From Candidatus Omnitrophota bacterium (GTDB lineage Bacteria > Omnitrophota > Omnitrophia > Omnitrophales > Aquincolibacteriaceae): DNA of 64,000 nucleotides. The stretch covers positions 127,608-191,607 of the forward strand of contig JAYTHE010000002.1 in the NCBI GenBank assembly GCA_043732705.1. The letters are read 5' to 3'. This document shows, one piece after another, positions 58,582 to 64,000 of this stretch (its first letter is position 1; each line of letters opens with the position of its first letter). The notes under the pieces were generated by a model. It was given only the letters and a program-made list of their open reading frames with translations, ran no database searches and was not told the DNA's origin. The position numbers and the translations under genes were made by a program.

Positions 58582-59226
58582 ATGAAGCCGATAGAATGTC
58601 CGCTTTGCTTAATGGTGGCGCCTTTTTTTATTGTGGCGCATGCGCGGCACTTTTACCGCTGCAATTCTTGCAACCTCATTTTTCTGCTCCCTTCCGAACG
58701 GTTGAGTGCGCAGGATGAGCTGGAGCGCTATCAACTCCATCAAAATAATGATCAGGATCCGGGCTATCGGGCTTTTTTGAATCAACTTGCGAAGCCTTTA
58801 ATGGAAAGGCTTTCCGCTCCAAAGGAAGGGCTTGATTACGGCTGCGGCCCCGGACCCACGCTTTCAAAAATGTTTGAAAAGAAGGGTTTTAAAATGTCCG
58901 TTTATGATCCGTATTTTTTTGCTGACGAAGCGCCCTTAAAACAATTTTATGATTTCATTGTCTGCACCGAAACGGTCGAGCATTTTTATTTTCCGGGAAA
59001 AGAATTTGAAAAGCTCAATCAGCTTTTAAAGCCCGGCGGGTGGCTGGGCGTTTTAACGCAATGGGTGCATGAGGAACGAAATTTTAACCAATGGCATTAT
59101 CCCAAAGATCCCACGCATGTTTCTTTTTATAGTCTCGAGACGATGCGTTGGATTGCAAGACAATATGAATGGAATTTGATTATACCGGCTGAGAATGTGA
59201 CGCTTTTCTATAAGTTGAACGTGTAA
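58582..59226 (+). CDS. class I SAM methyltransferase with N-terminal Zn ribbon
   Basis: CPLC..CNSC, LDYGCGPG, DPTHV. Confidence 0.9.
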   Translation: MKPIECPLCLMVAPFFIVAHARHFYRCNSCNLIFLLPSERLSAQDELERYQLHQNNDQDPGYRAFLNQLAKPLMERLSAPKEGLDYGCGPGPTLSKMFEKKGFKMSVYDPYFFADEAPLKQFYDFIVCTETVEHFYFPGKEFEKLNQLLKPGGWLGVLTQWVHEERNFNQWHYPKDPTHVSFYSLETMRWIARQYEWNLIIPAENVTLFYKLNV

Positions 59227-59268
59227 TACAATGCTGCCCTGATTTTATAATTCAAGGATGGAGTTTTT

Positions 59269-59517
59269 ATGTTTGGAAGAATGAAAGACATGGCCGCGCA
59301 AATGCAGATGATTCAAAAGCTGATGAAAGATGAAAACTTCAAGACGCTGATTGCTCATCCTAAAATGCAGGAATTAATGAAAGATCCTGAGTTTTTGGAA
59401 GTGATGAAAAATAACGACATTCAAAAGGCTTCGACCAATCCCAAGCTTGCCGCGCTGAAGAGTGATCCGGAATTAGTGCAGTTAATAGCGAAAGTTCAGT
59501 GGCCGAAGGCCAGTTAG
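59269..59517 (+). CDS. small STI1/DP-repeat-like protein
   Basis: Repeated MKDP/SDP helical units; GGAG RBS. Confidence 0.7.
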   Translation: MFGRMKDMAAQMQMIQKLMKDENFKTLIAHPKMQELMKDPEFLEVMKNNDIQKASTNPKLAALKSDPELVQLIAKVQWPKAS

Positions 59518-59593
59518 GTCAAATCTTAAAAGTTAAAGCTCAAAGCCCATTAACGGATTCGAACATTTCGAGATTTGAGCGAAGGCGTGGTCG

Positions 59594-59920
59594 TTAGCGG
59601 CGAAGCAAGATGTTCTCTGGCGAACCATTTTTTGATTTCCAGATTTGCAGAAGGACATAGGAAGCAATCGCCAGATTACCAAGCAGCATGATCAGCACAA
59701 ACCATAAAATCCGCGTCAGCCATTTCGTTTCTTTGTAAAAAACCCAAACATAAAAAGTCAAAAATGCCAGATAAGTATCTACAAGCGTAGCTTGGAACCA
59801 TTTATCAGGCCAAAGATTTGCGCCCGCATGTAAAACACTGCGATCCAGCGATGCGCGGACGGTTGCCCAAAGAATCAACAAAAAGAAAGCAGAGAAAAGA
59901 ATCTGTAAAAAACGTTTCAT
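59594..59920 (-). CDS. DUF1475 family membrane protein
   Basis: WFQATLVDTY, FYVWVFYKE, LGN..Y. Confidence 0.8.
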   Translation of the reverse strand: MKRFLQILFSAFFLLILWATVRASLDRSVLHAGANLWPDKWFQATLVDTYLAFLTFYVWVFYKETKWLTRILWFVLIMLLGNLAIASYVLLQIWKSKNGSPENILLRR

Positions 59921-60507
59921 TTATTTTTTTGGCCCGCGATCAGTTTGTCGCGCAATTTTTTGTTGATGGGCAGGCGCGACAGCCAAATGCCAAAAAAAGC
60001 CCGCTGAAAATCTTCACCGGGGATGGTTGCCTGCAACTTACCGTTTAATATGAGTGAAGTTCCCACGCCGGGTTCATAACTCAATTCATAGCGGTCGCCT
60101 TTTTCCACTTTTTGATATGCGTTATCCAATTGGCGCAATCTTTCTTCCAGCGCGGCTGGATTATTATCAGGATTCTTACTGATACGGTCGCGCGAAGCTT
60201 TAATCATCCATTCTTTTTTGATCATCCGGTGATAATGCAGAACCAAACTTTTGGGAACATTGCCAAGAACCATGTCGATGGTAGTTGCTTCGGGCGGGGC
60301 ATAAAGCGCCGCCGTGTAGAGTTCCAACATTAAATATTTTAAGCTGCCCACTCCCTTGATGGGGAGGGCGGTACCGGATACCTTGAGCGTGGGCTCGAAG
60401 CAAACCAAGTCTTTGCAAGGCATGGTCTGCGCGCGTAGAGGAGAAACAATAAAAATCAGAGTTAGAAGAATCGAAAGAAATTTAGAAAAGGAAAGGGTTC
60501 TTTTCAC
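59917..60507 (-). CDS. chalcone isomerase-like protein
   Basis: YTAALY, GD.Y...Y.PG.G, FFGIWL; start set at the GTG after the upstream terminator. Confidence 0.8.
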   Translation of the reverse strand: MKRTLSFSKFLSILLTLIFIVSPLRAQTMPCKDLVCFEPTLKVSGTALPIKGVGSLKYLMLELYTAALYAPPEATTIDMVLGNVPKSLVLHYHRMIKKEWMIKASRDRISKNPDNNPAALEERLRQLDNAYQKVEKGDRYELSYEPGVGTSLILNGKLQATIPGEDFQRAFFGIWLSRLPINKKLRDKLIAGQKNK

Positions 60508-60553
60508 GGGTTTTCGAAGAAAATGCCCGAAGCCGTTTCCGGCTCCGGGCATT
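60506..60553 (-). terminator. intrinsic terminator
   Basis: Minus strand AATGCCCGGAGCCG-GAAA-CGGCTTCGGGCATT-TTCTT. Confidence 0.75.
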
Positions 60554-60568
60554 GAATAAGTTGAGAAC

Positions 60569-60799
60569 TTACTTGCTGACGTAACGTGCGTTAGAATTCG
60601 AGCTGTATTTCGACGTTGTGTCGGCGGCCGGAGCACTATAGCTTGGCGCGCTTGACTGCATCGGAGCCGAAGTATAAGACGACGAAGTGCCGTAAGAACC
60701 TGCGCCTAAGCCGCAGCTGGGGCAAGGCGGGCATTTACGTGCACAGCCTGAAGCCAAAATTAACGCGCCGATAAAAAGAACACTAAGTTTAAGTTTCAT
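60569..60799 (-). CDS. small Cys/Ser-rich lipoprotein
   Basis: AGGAGG RBS, ASGC lipobox, KCPPCPSC, own terminator. Confidence 0.75.
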   Translation of the reverse strand: MKLKLSVLFIGALILASGCARKCPPCPSCGLGAGSYGTSSSYTSAPMQSSAPSYSAPAADTTSKYSSNSNARYVSK

Positions 60800-60919
60800 T
60801 TGATCCTCCTAGATGATAAGAACAGGGCGCGTATCTTACCAAAACTTTCGCAATTCGGCTAATATATATAGATGACTAGTGTGCAAACCATTCTTGCGAA
60901 TTGAGCGACAGGGGGAAAC

Positions 60920-61315
60920 ATGGAAAATTTGGGGAAATTAGTTTTACGTCTTTCTATTGGAGGATTGATGCTTTTTCACGGCATTTACAAGTTGATGCAT
61001 GGATTTAGCATGATCGGTGATTTGCTTGTAAAAAATCATTTGCCCCGTGAACTGATGTGGGGCGTTCCGGCGGGCGAAGTTCTGGCTCCCATCATGTTGA
61101 TTGTTGGATGGAAAGCCCGGCCTGTGGCGGCGCTTGTCGCCTTTACGATGGCTATGTCGGTTTATTTGGTGTTTCGTGAAAGCCTTTTCAAGTTAAATCA
61201 GTATGGCGCGTTGGACTATGAAATGAACCTCCTTTATTTTTTTGGCGCGGTTTCGATTATTTTTCTTGGTGCGGGTAAATATTCCGTTTCCGGCGGACAA
61301 GGAAAGCTTGATTAA
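60920..61315 (+). CDS. DoxX family protein
   Basis: LRLSIG.LMLFHG..KL, GAGKYS. Confidence 0.9.
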   Translation: MENLGKLVLRLSIGGLMLFHGIYKLMHGFSMIGDLLVKNHLPRELMWGVPAGEVLAPIMLIVGWKARPVAALVAFTMAMSVYLVFRESLFKLNQYGALDYEMNLLYFFGAVSIIFLGAGKYSVSGGQGKLD

Positions 61316-62678
61316 TCATCCGTTGAGAAAAATCATTTGCTGCGCGGTCTTTTTACTTGCCGTTTCTCAGGCTTGGGCGGTTGAAACAGTTTTACAATAT
61401 TCGCTGACGGAAACGCATATACCCTCCGCAGAGCAGGCAGCGAAAAAAGAAAAAGAAATTCATTTGGCTTCAAAAAAAAAGGTAGTTTTGGGAGACGGAT
61501 TCTTTTCCGTGAAGGAAGGACAGCAAGAACGAATCTACGATTTTAAAAAGCGCAAAATTCATTATTTGGACCATCAGAAGAAAACCCGCGCGGAAATTTC
61601 ACTTTTTGCGGATCCCGCGTTTCGAATCAATGAATTTCAACATCGCATAAGCATGGATGAAGTTGTCGAAAAAGCCGGCGGCAAGGCGCTTGAAGATGTT
61701 TTTAGCTTGGAAAGTATTTTTAGCGTAGAAAGCGGAAGTCAAAAAGTGGAATTAAAAGAAGATGTGTCCCAAAAAGGCAAGACAAGATTTCTGAATTTGG
61801 GGCAAGTTGTTTCTGAAATGACGTGGAGTGAAAAATATCCCGCTCCGCAAGGCAGCATGTTCACACGATTTTTAATTTACGATCATTCTCTGCATCCGAT
61901 TATCCTCAGAAAGATTACCGAAAGCCGGAAAATTCCGAGCGTGATTCGAAGCCAGCTTCAAAGCGCGAACGGAACGGATCAGTTTGTGCTTATTTTGGAT
62001 GATTTAAAAACACGTCCCGACCAGGGGTTCCAAATTCCGGGTTATGCCTTCTCAAAAAAGAAACCGGGAACGGGTCCCTTGACGGATTCTTTGTCGCAAT
62101 TAATTCAGTCCGCGCAATCTCCAAAAAATAAGATTTTGAGGCGGGATAAGGAATGGTTTTTAAATTACATGCGTCGGGCTGAAGAGAAGAAAAACTATTT
62201 AGATGCGGCGCTATCCGTGCTTGAATATGGTTTGCAAACGGGTGATCAACAAACAAGCTCGACGGAAATACAAAAACTCGCGGCGTATCAGAAAAGCGAT
62301 GCGGCACTGGACCGCTTTTTCCGGAGTCTGGGAATTGCTGGTCCGGAACAGGCGAAGCGGGCTATTCTTGAGCTCGAAAAAATAAACCGTAAGAAGCTGG
62401 GTCGGGCGCATGTGATTGATATTATGATTGCCAACCAACAAGCTGTTTTGGGCCGGAATGAGGAGGCGCAAAAGCGTATGATCAAGGCGCTTAAGGTTAA
62501 CCCGTATATTGCAGGTGCTTATAAAGATTTGGGTGATATGTTTTATGCGGATTTTGATATGGTTTCGGCATGGCTTTGCTGGGATTTCGCGCGCAAGCAG
62601 GCGCCCGATCATTTTATGCTGAAACCCATTTCCGATTATGAGGCGGACCTTTTAAAAAATTTTCCCTATTTTTTTTGA
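61308..62678 (+). CDS. secreted protein with C-terminal TPR; start uncertain
   Basis: Signal peptide ending AWA; ALKVNP...AYKDLGD. Confidence 0.7.
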   Translation: MINHPLRKIICCAVFLLAVSQAWAVETVLQYSLTETHIPSAEQAAKKEKEIHLASKKKVVLGDGFFSVKEGQQERIYDFKKRKIHYLDHQKKTRAEISLFADPAFRINEFQHRISMDEVVEKAGGKALEDVFSLESIFSVESGSQKVELKEDVSQKGKTRFLNLGQVVSEMTWSEKYPAPQGSMFTRFLIYDHSLHPIILRKITESRKIPSVIRSQLQSANGTDQFVLILDDLKTRPDQGFQIPGYAFSKKKPGTGPLTDSLSQLIQSAQSPKNKILRRDKEWFLNYMRRAEEKKNYLDAALSVLEYGLQTGDQQTSSTEIQKLAAYQKSDAALDRFFRSLGIAGPEQAKRAILELEKINRKKLGRAHVIDIMIANQQAVLGRNEEAQKRMIKALKVNPYIAGAYKDLGDMFYADFDMVSAWLCWDFARKQAPDHFMLKPISDYEADLLKNFPYFF

Positions 62679-62729
62679 TATTTTAAATAAAATTCGAAGG
62701 CCCCTAAAAGGGGCCTTGAGGTTGAGTCT

Positions 62730-63299
62730 GTGACCAGGAAATTTTTGATCATCATTTTAATGCTGGTCCAATTTTGCGGAATTGGAAGGGCGAAAGAAGA
62801 GTCTGCCATCGAGTTATCAGGCAAAGCGGCTTCTTTCGAAAAGGCGCAACGAGTCCTTCAGACCAGCTGCATGCCCTGTCATTCGGCGCAATTGCCACTG
62901 CCTTGGTATGGACGTTTGCCTTTGATTAAACAGAGAATGAAAGAAGATTATTTAAAAGCCATGGAAGGTTTGAATTTGGATTCACAAGTTTATGTCGTTG
63001 GCCAGCCGCCTTCAGGGGGAGCGCTTAATAAAATAGAACAAGCTTTGGAAAAAGGAACCATGCCGCCGCGCCTGTATGTGATGAGTCATTTAAGCTCACG
63101 AATTTCGCAGCAAGAAAAATGGGCAATTTTGAATTGGATCCGCGATGAGCGCGCGAAAACGCAGCTTTCCGTGCCATTGCCTCCGCAGATATTACCGCCC
63201 TCTTCGCCGCCGCAAGAAGCGGAACCTGTTTCCAAGCCAGCCGCAATCCCGGCTGCACCTGCGAAGCATCTCAATCCATTTAAACCTTTTGACTCATGA
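62730..63299 (+). CDS. haem-binding domain monoheme cytochrome with Pro-rich tail
   Basis: CMPCHS..LPWY, MPP..Y..SH. Confidence 0.82.
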   Translation: MTRKFLIIILMLVQFCGIGRAKEESAIELSGKAASFEKAQRVLQTSCMPCHSAQLPLPWYGRLPLIKQRMKEDYLKAMEGLNLDSQVYVVGQPPSGGALNKIEQALEKGTMPPRLYVMSHLSSRISQQEKWAILNWIRDERAKTQLSVPLPPQILPPSSPPQEAEPVSKPAAIPAAPAKHLNPFKPFDS

Positions 63300-64000
63300 G
63301 CGCTTTAAAAAAGATCATTGAAAAAATCGGGCAATTCTTTGTGATTCCGCGGCTTGCTCTCATTTTGACTTTGGGCTCATGTCTTTGCTTTATTTTTGGA
63401 ATGATTTCGCCGTATTTTTTGCCTTTCATCGCGTTTATTCCCGAGCGCATTTTAGCGGGAGAGTTTTGGCGCGCGTTATCATTTATTTTTTATCCTTTCG
63501 ATCTGCACCCGTTTTTTGCGTTTTTCACTTACTATCTTTTTTTTCTGATGGGTTCGGCGCTTGAGCAAAAATGGGGCGCAGGTAAATTCAACCTCTTTAT
63601 TTTTATCGGGTATCTTGGAACGATGGGCGCGGCTTTTTTGACACCTTCCGCAGTTGCGACAAATTATTATATTTACCTTTCTGTTTATTTGGCTTTTGCC
63701 GCACTTTATCCCGACTTTGAACTTTATTTATTTTTTGTCGTTCCGGTTAAAATTAAATGGCTGGCCTGGATGGTCGCGGGATTGACCGTGCTTGATTTTA
63801 TCGGCTCCGGGTGGGCGGGGCGTTTTGCAATTCTTGTGTCCGCAGTTAATTTCCTTATTTTTTTCGGTCCTGGATTTTTCAAAAATACGCGTGACCGCGT
63901 CCAAACCCTTCAGGTCGAGATCCGCACTTCTCAGGAAGAAGCCAAGCCCTTCCATGCCTGCGCTGTTTGCGGAATCACCGAAAAAACAAACCCGGCCGCA
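63296..64000 (+). CDS. derlin/rhomboid-like membrane protein with C-terminal CxxC, partial
   Basis: Manual translation MSALKKIIEK..GEFWRALSF..LEQKWG..PVKIKWL..HACAVCG; open to window end. Confidence 0.8.
   Translation, partial: MSALKKIIEKIGQFFVIPRLALILTLGSCLCFIFGMISPYFLPFIAFIPERILAGEFWRALSFIFYPFDLHPFFAFFTYYLFFLMGSALEQKWGAGKFNLFIFIGYLGTMGAAFLTPSAVATNYYIYLSVYLAFAALYPDFELYLFFVVPVKIKWLAWMVAGLTVLDFIGSGWAGRFAILVSAVNFLIFFGPGFFKNTRDRVQTLQVEIRTSQEEAKPFHACAVCGITEKTNPAA

Noticed and set aside
60508-60636. Long N-terminus of the chalcone-isomerase-like ORF
   Set aside because: It runs through the upstream lipoprotein gene and its terminator.

Overview
Gene-dense bacterial chromosome segment from a diderm, LPS-making organism. 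Gene content resembles Omnitrophota/PVC, but that is inference only. Blocks: dprA-RDD-hyp-thiS-xerC; a lipid A/LPS-core operon (waaA, lpxK, LpxL-ELM1 fusion, GT4-GT9 fusion, four more GT9 genes); tRNA-Leu(CAG); hemW, FMN reductase, pepN and two hydrolases; a complete minus-strand alternative complex III (actA-F, actG-like) + SCO + A2-type caa3-like oxidase operon with divergent tatA; metH; then about 22 kb of mixed accessory genes. No transposase, prophage or CRISPR array was seen. The most unusual signal is non-coding: at least seven families of short structured repeats. These include (i) a ~23-nt hairpin with covarying stems that occurs in-frame inside protein-coding genes, (ii) a ~102-bp MITE inserted at start codons that rebuilds the start, and (iii) an element with a conserved CTCARRCAG..AACTCG core whose second arm varies from ~10 nt to a ~315-nt forked rod. 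All were read by eye; no database searches or folding computations were run.
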